A DNA stretch of 64,000 nucleotides from an uncultured bacterium (GTDB taxonomy: Bacteria > Babelota > Babeliae > Babelales > Babelaceae): positions 32,001 through 96,000 of the forward strand of contig CAWKFG010000004.1 of NCBI GenBank assembly GCA_963848965.1. The letters run 5' to 3'. Shown piece by piece: positions 19,522 through 30,093 of this stretch; position 1 is the stretch's first letter, and every line of letters starts with the position of its first letter. The position numbers and the translations under genes were made by a program. The notes below the pieces were generated by a model. It worked only from the letters and a program-made list of their open reading frames with translations. It did no database searches and had not been told where the DNA came from.

Positions 19522-20517
19522 TCACTCTCTCACATGAGAACTCTGTTCTTGAAGAGGATGCGCAGTAAATGCAACTGCTGTTTCTTTTCCTTCTTCTATA
19601 AGAGCTTTCAATTCATCAAATTGAGCAACAGTATCGATACCAAGTATCTTTTTATCTGGATATAATGATTGTATTTCTGCCGCCAACACGTGAGAAGGAG
19701 CAGGAATTACAATTATGTCCATTTCTGCAAATTGCTTTAAGACACTATGCCAATACAGTGGTTCACTAATTTGACGAATAATAGCATCTTGTGCTTTCTT
19801 TGCACGACAGACCTCTTTTGCATCAACATTGGTAATAAGCGGAATTTGAGGGTCCTTAAAGTCTACTTTTGTTAAATAGATTTTAAGCTGTTCTGTAAGA
19901 TCGTGTAATAAGGGTGTATGGAACCCTTCCTCTTCTTCTACTTCTTTTACCTTATCTGCACCTGCATCTGAAGCACCCTCTGCTACTGCATTAACTGCTT
20001 CAATATGACCAGACACAATATGTTCATGCTTATTCTCATAAACAGCAATATGTGCATTACATTGTCCCGAACTGTTTTCTTCACAAATTTGACGCAATCT
20101 GCGTCCTGAAAGACCGTTTACAACTACAGATTTAATATCGAGTTGCTCACGCATTGCTGTATAGAAATGAGCAAGTTTTGTAAGAAGATAGAGCCCATCT
20201 GGAAAACTGAGTGCGAGAGCACTCGATAAAGCACTATATTCTCCTATACCATGCCCTGCAACAGCAGAGAGCGTAACACCTGTTTCTTTTATCATAGCAG
20301 CTGTTGCAGCTCCTAATAAGAAAAGAGCAGGATACGCATGAGTTATTTTACTTAATTCGCTGTCAGATGAAGCAAAGCACAATTTCACGAAATTGATTCC
20401 TAAGCAATTTGAAGCTTCTTCAAAATACTCTTGAACAACACGCGAATTATCGTAGAGCTCTTTGCCCATACCAACAAATTGACTTCCATAGCCAGGAAAA
20501 AGCATCCCAATTTTCAT
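19522..20517 (-). CDS. fabD: FabD-like malonyl-CoA:ACP transacylase homolog with degenerate active site
   Basis: MLFPGYGSQFVGMGKELY fold start, adjacent to acpP; the nucleophile motif reads AGHGIGEY instead of GHSxGEY. Confidence 0.75.
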   Translation of the reverse strand: MKIGMLFPGYGSQFVGMGKELYDNSRVVQEYFEEASNCLGINFVKLCFASSDSELSKITHAYPALFLLGAATAAMIKETGVTLSAVAGHGIGEYSALSSALALSFPDGLYLLTKLAHFYTAMREQLDIKSVVVNGLSGRRLRQICEENSSGQCNAHIAVYENKHEHIVSGHIEAVNAVAEGASDAGADKVKEVEEEEGFHTPLLHDLTEQLKIYLTKVDFKDPQIPLITNVDAKEVCRAKKAQDAIIRQISEPLYWHSVLKQFAEMDIIVIPAPSHVLAAEIQSLYPDKKILGIDTVAQFDELKALIEEGKETAVAFTAHPLQEQSSHVRE

Positions 20518-20544
20518 AAAAACCTCCAAACATATGATTATGGG

Positions 20545-21984
20545 TTAGCGCCTTACTCCCTCCTCTTTTGATAGTATCTGTCTAAAGTGATGGAGTCTCG
20601 CTATGCTTTCTTTCTTGCCAAGTAATGAGAGCAGTTCAAACACTCCTGGACTTGAACTTTTACCAGTAAGAGCTATACGCAAAGGCTTTGCAAGATCTGC
20701 AAGAGAACGCTTCAATTGAGCACACAACGCTTTCATCATCTGAGAAAGGGCTGGCGGCGAAAAATCCTCTTGCATATGTAAGGCTTCTTCTAATGCAGTC
20801 ATATCATGCATTGTTTGTATAGTACTCCACGGTTTAAGCTCTTCTGGATCAAACGCATAAGGACGTTGATAAAGAGAACGTAATTCACATTCAAGTTCTT
20901 TAAGAGTTTTAATTCGCTCTTTATATAATTCAATACCACTGGCAAGCGTAGAAGCATCCCAATCTGGAAAATAACTCCTAAAAAGTGGATCAACATCACG
21001 TTCTATGTAAAAGATAATTTCATCAGGCGTTAGCCTTTTTACATAAATGCTGTTCATCCACTCCAGCTTCTTTATATCAAATATTGCTCCTTTTTTACCA
21101 ACGTGGTCAAGGGAAAAATAGCTAATTAATTCCTCTCGTGTAAAAATCTCTTGGTCTCCATGAGACCAGCCAAGACGTACAAGATAATTACAGAGAGCAT
21201 CCGCTAAAAAACCAGCATATTTATAATCAAGCACTGCTGTTGCAGCATCACGCTTACTCAGTTTATTACCATCTGGTCCTAAAATCATAGGAAAATGGCC
21301 AAAGAGCGGAACCGTATAGCCACATGCTTTATATAACAAGAGCTGTTTTGGGGTATTTGGTATATGATCTTCACCCCGTAATACATGTGTAATGTTCATA
21401 TGCGCATCATCTACAACTACTACAAAGTTATACATGGGCGTCCCATCTGAGCGCATAATAATAAAATCATCAAATTGATCTCTATCAAACGAAATAGGTC
21501 CTCGAATGAGATCATCAAAGCTTATTTCATTTATATTATCTGGCACTTTAAATCGTACAGCATACGACTTATTAAGATCCTCTTCGGTTACTGTTCTATA
21601 CAAACATTTTCTATCATACTTTGTATAGCCGCCTTCTTGTGCAGCACTTGCTCCTAAGCGAGCCTGCAATTCTTCCGGAGTACAAAAGCACCGATAAGCA
21701 GTTCTTTCTTCAAGCATCTTAGCAATAACCTGTTTGTGTAGCGGTAAATTTTTACTTTGAATAACTACCGGTTCATCTGCTTCAATGTCAGCCCATGCTA
21801 ACGTCTCTAAAATCGAGGTTGTATATTCTTGTGTAGATCGCTCAATATCAGTATCTTCAATACGCAGAAGATAGACACCGTTATAGTGCCGTGCAAAAAG
21901 CCAATTAAAGAGCGCTACGCGCAAACTCCCAAGGTGTAAATGGCCTGTTGGTGACGGAGCATATCGTACCCGAATAGTACTCAT
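20545..21984 (-). CDS. gltX: Glutamate--tRNA ligase
   Basis: RYAPSPTGHLHLG, LRIEDTD, RGEDH, KLSKR, PLRIALTG..SSP. Confidence 0.96.
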   Translation of the reverse strand: MSTIRVRYAPSPTGHLHLGSLRVALFNWLFARHYNGVYLLRIEDTDIERSTQEYTTSILETLAWADIEADEPVVIQSKNLPLHKQVIAKMLEERTAYRCFCTPEELQARLGASAAQEGGYTKYDRKCLYRTVTEEDLNKSYAVRFKVPDNINEISFDDLIRGPISFDRDQFDDFIIMRSDGTPMYNFVVVVDDAHMNITHVLRGEDHIPNTPKQLLLYKACGYTVPLFGHFPMILGPDGNKLSKRDAATAVLDYKYAGFLADALCNYLVRLGWSHGDQEIFTREELISYFSLDHVGKKGAIFDIKKLEWMNSIYVKRLTPDEIIFYIERDVDPLFRSYFPDWDASTLASGIELYKERIKTLKELECELRSLYQRPYAFDPEELKPWSTIQTMHDMTALEEALHMQEDFSPPALSQMMKALCAQLKRSLADLAKPLRIALTGKSSSPGVFELLSLLGKKESIARLHHFRQILSKEEGVRR

Positions 21985-22628
21985 GCTTCAGACCTTATCT
22001 TTGCTTGCGCACGCTGATACCATTGAGAGTCTTTATTTCCTTGTGCGATAATATCATTCCATAATTTTTGTGCATCTTCTTTATTACCTTGTTGCCATGC
22101 ATCGAGTCCTCTATAATAGAGCGCCATATCGCGTGCTGGATTTTTATTATCTTGTGCAAGCTTTTGCATCTGATCTCGTCCCTCTTTTTTAACTGCCTCT
22201 TCTGATGCATCAAGTTTCATAAGAGCAGCTTTAGTAGTATAAAAATAATAAAGAGGGTGCTTTGTATTCATAGAAGTCAGAAGTACATTCATAACCTCTT
22301 GAGCTTCTTTTTGCTTGCCTTGATAGCTTAAAGCATCTGCTTTATAAGCAAGAAAGTAAGGATATAATTTAGAACTCTTATGGCGCTCACTACCTGCTTG
22401 AAATGCCCGCTCAACATCAGCCCAACGGCCAGCATCTGTAGAAGAGAGAGCTTTATAATAGCCATCAATACTTTCTGCAAGATCCTTATATGCTGCTTGT
22501 TCATACCTATCTATATACCAAGCATAACCAAACCACCCAGCAGTAAGCAATCCGCTTACTAATGCAAAAATAAGTACATATTGAATACGCTTAGTTGTCC
22601 ACATATCTTGTGTCACATTTGATATCAT
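21981..22628 (-). CDS. YfgM-like membrane-anchored TPR/helical protein
   Basis: Single N-terminal TM helix, then Ala/Tyr-rich helical repeats. Confidence 0.55.
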   Translation of the reverse strand: MISNVTQDMWTTKRIQYVLIFALVSGLLTAGWFGYAWYIDRYEQAAYKDLAESIDGYYKALSSTDAGRWADVERAFQAGSERHKSSKLYPYFLAYKADALSYQGKQKEAQEVMNVLLTSMNTKHPLYYFYTTKAALMKLDASEEAVKKEGRDQMQKLAQDNKNPARDMALYYRGLDAWQQGNKEDAQKLWNDIIAQGNKDSQWYQRAQAKIRSEA

Positions 22629-22707
22629 ATAAAACTCCACTCCCAATCTTTATATAAACAGTATAAGGGGGCCAATCATCGATTGACCCCCCTCTTTATT
22701 TTCAGGC

Positions 22708-22989
22708 TTACTTTTCGCTCTCATGCTCATGACCTTCATGACCACCTTGTGATGGTACAGGCTCTTGAGCTTTTTGAGCACTACGTGCTTCACCACGCTT
22801 AAGTGCTCGTTCAAGCTTTGTGTTAAGTACTTTTTTTCCTTTATAGAATCCACATTGCATACATGCTTGGTGAGGACTTAAAGGATACTCACACTGTGAA
22901 CATCGCGTCACAGCTTGAGGACGAATATGTTTATTAGCCGAACGTTTATCTCTACGAGCTTTACTCGTTTTACGTTTAGGTACTGGCAT
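22708..22989 (-). CDS. rpmF: 50S ribosomal protein L32 with C-terminal extension
   Basis: MPVPKRKTSKARRDKR...CSQC...PHQACMQCGFYKGK. Confidence 0.93.
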   Translation of the reverse strand: MPVPKRKTSKARRDKRSANKHIRPQAVTRCSQCEYPLSPHQACMQCGFYKGKKVLNTKLERALKRGEARSAQKAQEPVPSQGGHEGHEHESEK

Positions 22990-23070
22990 AAGAAGCTCCA
23001 TCTTGTAACTACATAAAAAATCTTCTAACTATTCTAAGTGTACTTTATTTTACGCAAAAAGGCAAAAAAG

Positions 23071-24588
23071 CTATGGCTGCACCGGTGCAATGCGACTTAA
23101 CCGTTCTATAAGTGGATCTTTTGCTCCTTTTTTTACATATCCACAGCACAGCCTATAAAAAATAAGGCTAGAAAGCGCTGTACCAAGGCCTATACGTGTC
23201 AGTAAGAGCTGCCGTTCTTCTGAAGTTCTACGCTCTTGCGCAGTAAGAACTATATTCTCATCCTTATATTCTTGTTGAGGAACCTGTATATTTTCTGGGT
23301 TGAACGTCGAGTTCCAGGTAGGCTCTGTTACAGGAATAGTATGCTCTTGAGCTTGCGCTGGTTGTGGATTTGGATCTGCATAAGCTTGTCTTCTTGGCTC
23401 TGCTACATATGCCCATGCAAAATCCTCGTGTCCCCTGGGTACACGTCCTTCCTCTTTTCTTTTTTTCTCTTCCAATTCCTGTTTGTAGCGATCCATCTTA
23501 TCTTGTTGAATACGCTCCTGTTCACGCGATAGACGAGCTTTACGCTCTTCTTCTGATTCTAAATGGTTTCTATACTCACAGTGTGCTGCATATAATCGGC
23601 AAAGAAGAGGATATTCCTTTTGTATACTAGCTGCTTCATGATACTTCTCTAGCTCAAGATACATTTTTTCTAAATGATGAATATCATTCTGACGATATGC
23701 TTGCCAAAGAAAATTCTTATCGTGCCTTAATATAACTTCTAAAGCTTGTGGTCTATTATATTCTAAAGCATACTGTAAGGCTGTATTCCCTTGTACATCA
23801 GCAACTGGTAATAACCAGGGAGCATTAAGAAGTAACATATCAACTACTTCTGAGCAACATTCAACAACCGCTCTATGCAAATAGCTTGCATTTTTAGCAT
23901 TACCGTGCTTGAGAAGTTGAGCATCTGTCTTAAAAAATTCATGAATAATGAGACATAGAGCCTGGATGTGCTCTTTCCTATCTTGTTCTTTAACATTCTT
24001 TAATTCTAGCTCACTTACCAAAAGAAAGGCATAGTCTAATGCTTCATGCGAAGGTTCATGTAATTTCAATCCAGCTCTTACAAGCTCAACATCTTTGTAA
24101 TCTATGATAGCAGGCCATGAAAGCTTTCTTAATCTACGCAGAGCACGCGCACGAATCTGCTCTTTCGTTTCTTTTTTCTTTTCTTCTGGTTTCAGCTCTT
24201 CATCTAATGCTCTGAGAGCTTCTTGAAAATCTTGACGATCTTGAAATTGCTTAAATGCTGATTTATTTTTTACAAGATCTACACGAGCACCTCTACGACG
24301 CAAAAGCTCTATAGTACTTATACGTTTTGACAAGAAAGCAAACCAGAGAGGTGAATTTCCATTCTCTGTAAGTCCATTAACGTCAAATCCCTTTTCTATA
24401 TAGTGCTTAATAAGCTGATTATTACCTTGACTAGCAAGCCTATGAAGAGGGTTTGCTGGAGCTTCATTTTTAGGTGCACTGGAAATTTCTTCGCTTGAGT
24501 TCTGCATATCTACACCAGTATGTGGTGGTTGCATAGCATATACAGTAGTACAATAGCATATGAGGAAGATAGTCGCTTTATATATCAT
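23071..24588 (-). CDS. Signal-peptide ankyrin-repeat protein with coiled coil and C-terminal hydrophobic segment
   Basis: VYA|MQP; NPLHRLA, GNSPLWFA, GNTALQYA. Confidence 0.75.
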   Translation of the reverse strand: MIYKATIFLICYCTTVYAMQPPHTGVDMQNSSEEISSAPKNEAPANPLHRLASQGNNQLIKHYIEKGFDVNGLTENGNSPLWFAFLSKRISTIELLRRRGARVDLVKNKSAFKQFQDRQDFQEALRALDEELKPEEKKKETKEQIRARALRRLRKLSWPAIIDYKDVELVRAGLKLHEPSHEALDYAFLLVSELELKNVKEQDRKEHIQALCLIIHEFFKTDAQLLKHGNAKNASYLHRAVVECCSEVVDMLLLNAPWLLPVADVQGNTALQYALEYNRPQALEVILRHDKNFLWQAYRQNDIHHLEKMYLELEKYHEAASIQKEYPLLCRLYAAHCEYRNHLESEEERKARLSREQERIQQDKMDRYKQELEEKKRKEEGRVPRGHEDFAWAYVAEPRRQAYADPNPQPAQAQEHTIPVTEPTWNSTFNPENIQVPQQEYKDENIVLTAQERRTSEERQLLLTRIGLGTALSSLIFYRLCCGYVKKGAKDPLIERLSRIAPVQP

Positions 24589-24599
24589 AGCAAAACCCT

Positions 24600-26162
24600 T
24601 TATGCAGTAACAGCAGGTTGTCTTTGTTTATCACGAGTATGCGGTGCAAAAATCTTATATAAAATACCGCCAACAACAAGAGAAATGCTACCATAGAGTA
24701 CCGTCTTCTTAGCCCATTTATGAGCCCAGAGCCTTTGGGCCCATGACTTTTCCTCTGATGCGCTGCTTGGCATAGCACCCGCTGCCGAACTTTTTTCCTG
24801 CTGTTTTTCTTTTTGAAGTACAGCATCAGGCTGTTCATCTTTAGATTCCTTTGAAACAGCTGCATGTATGACCGGTTCTTCGATATCATGTGACACGCGA
24901 AGCTCTTGCTGCACGAGTTCTTCCTCGGGAATAAACGGTATACCAGGCTCGTCTACAAGTGCATTAAGAAGCTCTTCTGGAATATCTAATGAGCTCACTG
25001 GCTCTCCTCTATCGTGTGGTACAGGAGACTCGATTCGTCCAGGCTCTTCTTCAAAAAACGGTACGGCTGGTACATCTACAAAATCATTGTGAGGCTCTGC
25101 AATCTGCTGATACCACTCATGAAGTGTCGGGTAATCTCTTCTTACGCGCTCTAGTCCTGCAGTTCTACAAAGAGTACGTACACGCTCTTCTATCCAAGCA
25201 ATTGAATTTCCACCACCTCTTAAACTCTCATGAGGAACATGATAACGCTCGGCGTTGAGCACGAGTAACATATTTACAGCATCTATATGATTACGTTCAA
25301 GAGCACAATATAAAGGGGTATGCCCTGATTCGCCTTGGGCATTGACAGCAAAGCCAACATGAACAAGAAGCGGTAGTAATTCTGGTATATTAAGCTCTGC
25401 CGCTTGATGAAGCGGAGTACTCTGACTATATAATGCACCATTTGTTAGCTGTGGATTTGCTCGTATAAGAAGTTCAATAATAGCAGATACATTGCGAATA
25501 TGCTCTTGCCGCGCCTCTCTATTAGCAATCGGCTGAGCCGCAAGATTCACAGCTTGTTCAAGCGCTTGGTGAGTTGCCATCTCTTGCACAGATAAGCGCT
25601 TGATAGTGTAAGGGTAATATGAATCTATAGTATAAGTTTCTCTTTCTAGTACCCCCCTTACTATATCGGGATTTGCAAGAGCAACTGCCTCTTGCATACT
25701 AAGCTCTTCAGTTTTTTTAATCTCACCATTTAAAGCTCTTACTACTTCTTGATACGCAGGAAGTCGTAAGCGTTCTTGCACATCTTCCATACTCAATACA
25801 TGATTTTTATCTGCACCGTATTTTAAAAGCTCTGCTATTGCACTAATTTGACGGGCCATAACAGCAAAGTATAACGGTGTACGCCCTGACGCTCCCATCT
25901 GCGTGTTTACAGAAACATCTCTTATCAAAACCCAATACTGTATACCTAGTATATCTCCTTGTGTCGCACAGGTATGTAAATGCCCTTCCTCACTCACGTG
26001 GTTAGTTTCTCTTTGTGGGACAGGAGAGGAATTTTGCGCTGCACCCATTGGTGGTAATGGTGGTTCCATACCTTGTAAACCACAAAAAAACAAAGAGCTT
26101 ATTGCGTAAAACGTAAATTTTATTGACCGTAGCACAGCTTTTCCTTTCTTTAGCAATAACAA
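24600..26162 (-). CDS. Signal-peptide ankyrin-repeat protein with C-terminal membrane anchor (same architecture as its neighbour)
   Basis: LQG|MEP; GRTPLYFA, STPLHQAA, GHTPLYCA; C-terminal TVLYGSISLVVGGILYKIF; start codon uncertain. Confidence 0.75.
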   Translation of the reverse strand: MLLLKKGKAVLRSIKFTFYAISSLFFCGLQGMEPPLPPMGAAQNSSPVPQRETNHVSEEGHLHTCATQGDILGIQYWVLIRDVSVNTQMGASGRTPLYFAVMARQISAIAELLKYGADKNHVLSMEDVQERLRLPAYQEVVRALNGEIKKTEELSMQEAVALANPDIVRGVLERETYTIDSYYPYTIKRLSVQEMATHQALEQAVNLAAQPIANREARQEHIRNVSAIIELLIRANPQLTNGALYSQSTPLHQAAELNIPELLPLLVHVGFAVNAQGESGHTPLYCALERNHIDAVNMLLVLNAERYHVPHESLRGGGNSIAWIEERVRTLCRTAGLERVRRDYPTLHEWYQQIAEPHNDFVDVPAVPFFEEEPGRIESPVPHDRGEPVSSLDIPEELLNALVDEPGIPFIPEEELVQQELRVSHDIEEPVIHAAVSKESKDEQPDAVLQKEKQQEKSSAAGAMPSSASEEKSWAQRLWAHKWAKKTVLYGSISLVVGGILYKIFAPHTRDKQRQPAVTA

Positions 26163-26208
26163 AAACTTTTATTTAGCATAACCATTTGAAGAGTAATTTA
26201 CAAAGGGT

Positions 26209-27306
26209 TTATATAATGCTCCATAAGCCCATAAAATCTTGAGTTACTCTACCTTCTAACTGAAGGTCCCACAAAATATCTCGTAATTCAGTTTCTGGTA
26301 ACCCCGTTTTGACAAGCAGTTCATCAAAAGAAAGAGAACTTACAAGATAAGAAAGCACCTGGTCACTCATACCGAGCGGTTTTGCACTCTCTTCTGACTG
26401 CTTTTTATTAACAGAAGAGGTATATCCTAGTACAGAAAAAATATCTTGAGCTGATGTTACAAGGGATGCTCCTTCCTGAATAAGAGCATGACATCCAGCA
26501 GCAAGAGGATTATCAACAGGACCAGGTACTGCCATAACTTCACGTCCTTGCTCAAGAGCGTAACGCGCTGTAATAAGAGCACCACTTTGTTGTGCAGCCT
26601 GCACTATTATGCACCCTTTGCTTAATCCAGAGATAATACGATTCCTTGCAGGAAAATTACCTGCTAGTGCGCTCATCTGTAATGGAAATGAGCTTATAAG
26701 AGCACCACGCTCTGCTATGTTATGAAAGAGTGCAGTATTACAAGAAGGATACGGCTTTAAAAGCCCAGAACCAAGAACAGCTATGGTACTCCCTTGCGCT
26801 TCAAGCGTTGCTTTATGAACCATGCTATCAATGCCTAGTGCGCCACCACTTATAAGCGTCCATTTTTGAGCAACAAGCTCTGGCACTATCTTTTTTATCA
26901 TGCTATAACCATAACTATCTGCTTTACGAGCTCCTACTAAAGCGAGTGCTCGATTTTGTAAAATTGTTAGATCTCCTTGAACATAGAGCGTCAAAGGTGG
27001 TAGATGAATAGCTTTTAAAAGTTCTGGATAGTCTGCATCTATAATAGTTATTAGTTTTATGCCAGAACGCTCGCTTAAAGCCAGCTCTTTTTCAAGAAGT
27101 GCTTTATCTGAAAGGCCCTCTTTTATTCGCTGTGCAGTGTTTTGAGAAAGATGCCCATAATACATAAGATCTTGTATAGTAAAAGAGTAGAGAGCAGAGT
27201 AGTTGGTTATTGAAGCTGCAGTAAGTGCTTGAAACAGTTTTTCAACAGTTGCAGGACCTACCTTATCTATAAGAGAAAGATGGAGAAGAACAGTACGTAT
27301 TTCCAT
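26209..27306 (-). CDS. dprA: DNA-processing protein DprA
   Basis: YPELLKAI..PPLTLY, ALVGAR, SGGALGID, NFPARNRIISGLS, SGALITA..ALEQGREV.AVPG. Confidence 0.95.
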   Translation of the reverse strand: MEIRTVLLHLSLIDKVGPATVEKLFQALTAASITNYSALYSFTIQDLMYYGHLSQNTAQRIKEGLSDKALLEKELALSERSGIKLITIIDADYPELLKAIHLPPLTLYVQGDLTILQNRALALVGARKADSYGYSMIKKIVPELVAQKWTLISGGALGIDSMVHKATLEAQGSTIAVLGSGLLKPYPSCNTALFHNIAERGALISSFPLQMSALAGNFPARNRIISGLSKGCIIVQAAQQSGALITARYALEQGREVMAVPGPVDNPLAAGCHALIQEGASLVTSAQDIFSVLGYTSSVNKKQSEESAKPLGMSDQVLSYLVSSLSFDELLVKTGLPETELRDILWDLQLEGRVTQDFMGLWSII

Positions 27307-27354
27307 AAAACTCTTTCAAAAAAAAGCGGAAGAGAAAAACTCTTCCGCCGTTAT

Positions 27355-29862
27355 TTAATGTTCTACGTCAGATTCGTCAAGCTGCACAGGTGGTGACTGT
27401 ACCGGTTTCTGTTCGGATTCTTCACCAGAACTTGGTATTGCAGCAATACCTGCAAGCGTACGATCTCCATCAAGGCGAATTAAGCGTACTCCTTTAGCCT
27501 GACGGCCCATTGTACGCACCTCTTTAGGAGACAATCGTATTATTTTACCATGAACATCTATAAGCAATATGTGAGTGTTATCATCTACAATAACAAGCCC
27601 AATTACTGTTCCATTGCGCTTATCAGTAGGTATAGTTCGCACTCCATAGCCACCCCGATGAGCAACTCTAAAGTCAGTTACTTTAACTCGTTTTCCATAA
27701 CCACCTTCTGTAGCAAATAAAAGATCTTTTTCTTCAGAAACAACCTCCATACCTACTACATAGTCGTTGTCGTATAAACGAATACCTATAACACCTGCTG
27801 CCATACGGCCCATAGATCGAACTTCTGTTTCTTTAAATCTAATTCCTTGACCTAATGCTGTAGCAATAACAATTGAATCTTTACCTGAGCTTAATGAACA
27901 GAAGACCAATTGATCATCATCATTAAGCGTTAAAGCACGGATGCCGGTACTGCGAATATTATCAAATGCTGTAGCTTCTGTACGCTTAATAGTCCCCTTT
28001 TTGGTAAGCATCACAAGATATTTACCAGCAAGGTCTTTTGCACAAAGCAATTTAACAACATGTTCTTCAGGAGCTAATGACAGAATATTGACAACCGCAC
28101 GTCCTTTAGAAGTACGCGATCCTTCAGGCACCTGGAACACTTGTAAGCTATATACTCGCCCTAAATTAGTAAAGAATAACAGTTCATCATGATTACGTGT
28201 AGCAAAGATATCCTGTAATACATCATCAGAATCATCAAGAGCTGCCATACCCATTTTTCCTTTACCACCACGATGCTGTACATTATAGGTACTTAATGCC
28301 ACTCGCTTGATATATCCTTTACGAGTAAGAGTAACTACTACTTCTTCATTTGGTATTAAATCTGCTTCACTGAGTAAATCGATAGCGCCTTCAATACGGC
28401 TACGACGTTCATCAGCATAGTCTTCTTTAATTTCTTTTAACTCTTTAACAATCTCTTTGCGCAATAGCTCTCTATCTTGTAAAAGTGCTTGAAGATATGC
28501 AATTGTTTTTTTAATTTCCTCTAGCTCTTCATGGATTTTCTCTTGTTCAAGACCAGTAAGACGCTGTAATCTCATCTCTAAGATTGCTTTACCTTGCTCA
28601 GGAGAAAATGAGAATCTATTATGTAATTTATTTATTGCCTCTTCAGCTGATTGAGAGTTTTTAATGAGCGCTACTACTTCATCAATATTTTTAAGAGCTA
28701 TACCAAAACCAAGCAAAATATGTTGTCGCGCTTGTGCTTTTTGTAATTCATATTCACTACGCTTAGAAATAACTATCTCTCTATGAAGCAAGAATTCGCG
28801 TAATAGTTGTCGCAACGTAAATACAATAGGCTTATTATCAAGCAATGCAAGCATAAGTATAGGAATACTTGTTTGCAATACTGTATGTTTATAGAGCTGA
28901 TTAAGAGTAACTTGTGGAGTTTCGCCACGCTTTAGTTCAATAACAACGCGAATACCACCTTTATCAGATTCATCACGAATATTAGAGATACCTTCAATAA
29001 CCTTGTTTTTAACTAAATCAGCTATTTTAACGATAAGCTCCGCTTTATTTACCTGGTATGGTAACTCAGTAATAACAAGAGCAGTACCCTTTTTAGTCTC
29101 TTCGATATCTACCACACCACGAACAATCACATTACCACGACCGGTAGTATATGCTCTAACTACCCCAGCACGACCACAAATAATACCACCCGTAGGAAAA
29201 TCTGGTGCCGGAACAAGTGAAAATAGCTTTTCATCGGAGATAGTTTCATCTGCAAGAAGCGCCAAGCATGCATCAACGACTTCGCCTAAGTTATGAGGAG
29301 GAACAGCTGTTGCCATACCTACTGCAATACCAGCAGTACCATTAATAAGAAGATTTGGTAATCTGCTTGGCAAAATAACCGGCTCAACAGTTGACTCGTC
29401 AAAGTTCGGCACAAAATCTACCGTCTCTTTGTCTAAATCTGCAAGCAATTCTTGAGAGATGCGTTCCATGCGTATTTCAGTATAACGCATAGCAGCTGCA
29501 TTATCGCCATCAATTGAACCCCAGTTTCCTTGCCCATCAAGGAGCGGATATCGCTTAGAAAATTCTTGTACCATGCCAACCATGGTATTATATACTGCCT
29601 GATCTCCGTGCGGATGGTATTTTCCTAGTACTTCCCCGACCACACGAACTGATTTGTGGTAGGGCTTATTGTAGTGAAACCCAAGTTGATGCATCGTATA
29701 AAGAACTCGGCGGTGTACTGGCTTTAAGCCGTCCCGTACATCAGGAATAGCTCGGCTTACCACCACCGACATCGCGTAATCAAGAAAGGAAGTTTTTAAT
29801 TCTTCTTCAATCAGAATCGGCTTGATACGAGATTGTGCATCTTTTTCATGCGTTGAATCCAT
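27355..29862 (-). CDS. gyrA: DNA gyrase subunit A
   Basis: RAIPDVRDGLKPVHRR, YHPHGD, AAMRYTE, GyrA-box QHRGGKG, C-terminal beta-pinwheel repeats. Confidence 0.97.
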   Translation of the reverse strand: MDSTHEKDAQSRIKPILIEEELKTSFLDYAMSVVVSRAIPDVRDGLKPVHRRVLYTMHQLGFHYNKPYHKSVRVVGEVLGKYHPHGDQAVYNTMVGMVQEFSKRYPLLDGQGNWGSIDGDNAAAMRYTEIRMERISQELLADLDKETVDFVPNFDESTVEPVILPSRLPNLLINGTAGIAVGMATAVPPHNLGEVVDACLALLADETISDEKLFSLVPAPDFPTGGIICGRAGVVRAYTTGRGNVIVRGVVDIEETKKGTALVITELPYQVNKAELIVKIADLVKNKVIEGISNIRDESDKGGIRVVIELKRGETPQVTLNQLYKHTVLQTSIPILMLALLDNKPIVFTLRQLLREFLLHREIVISKRSEYELQKAQARQHILLGFGIALKNIDEVVALIKNSQSAEEAINKLHNRFSFSPEQGKAILEMRLQRLTGLEQEKIHEELEEIKKTIAYLQALLQDRELLRKEIVKELKEIKEDYADERRSRIEGAIDLLSEADLIPNEEVVVTLTRKGYIKRVALSTYNVQHRGGKGKMGMAALDDSDDVLQDIFATRNHDELLFFTNLGRVYSLQVFQVPEGSRTSKGRAVVNILSLAPEEHVVKLLCAKDLAGKYLVMLTKKGTIKRTEATAFDNIRSTGIRALTLNDDDQLVFCSLSSGKDSIVIATALGQGIRFKETEVRSMGRMAAGVIGIRLYDNDYVVGMEVVSEEKDLLFATEGGYGKRVKVTDFRVAHRGGYGVRTIPTDKRNGTVIGLVIVDDNTHILLIDVHGKIIRLSPKEVRTMGRQAKGVRLIRLDGDRTLAGIAAIPSSGEESEQKPVQSPPVQLDESDVEH

Positions 29863-30093
29863 AATTAAACCTCTTGTTAAGCCCCTTAAAGAAAGCCCTC
29901 TAAGTGCTTTGAGTTAGTGAATTTCCGTATCTATACGCTTATTATTATACCACAAAGAGAAGATTTTGCCAACTTTAAAACTATTAAAATGGAATTTTAT
30001 TAGCAGTATAAATTTATTTTTCTATTCTAATGAAAAATATCAAGTAGCTGTGACAAAGCACAATGCTTCTACCTTGGCTTAAAGCTTTTCTAA

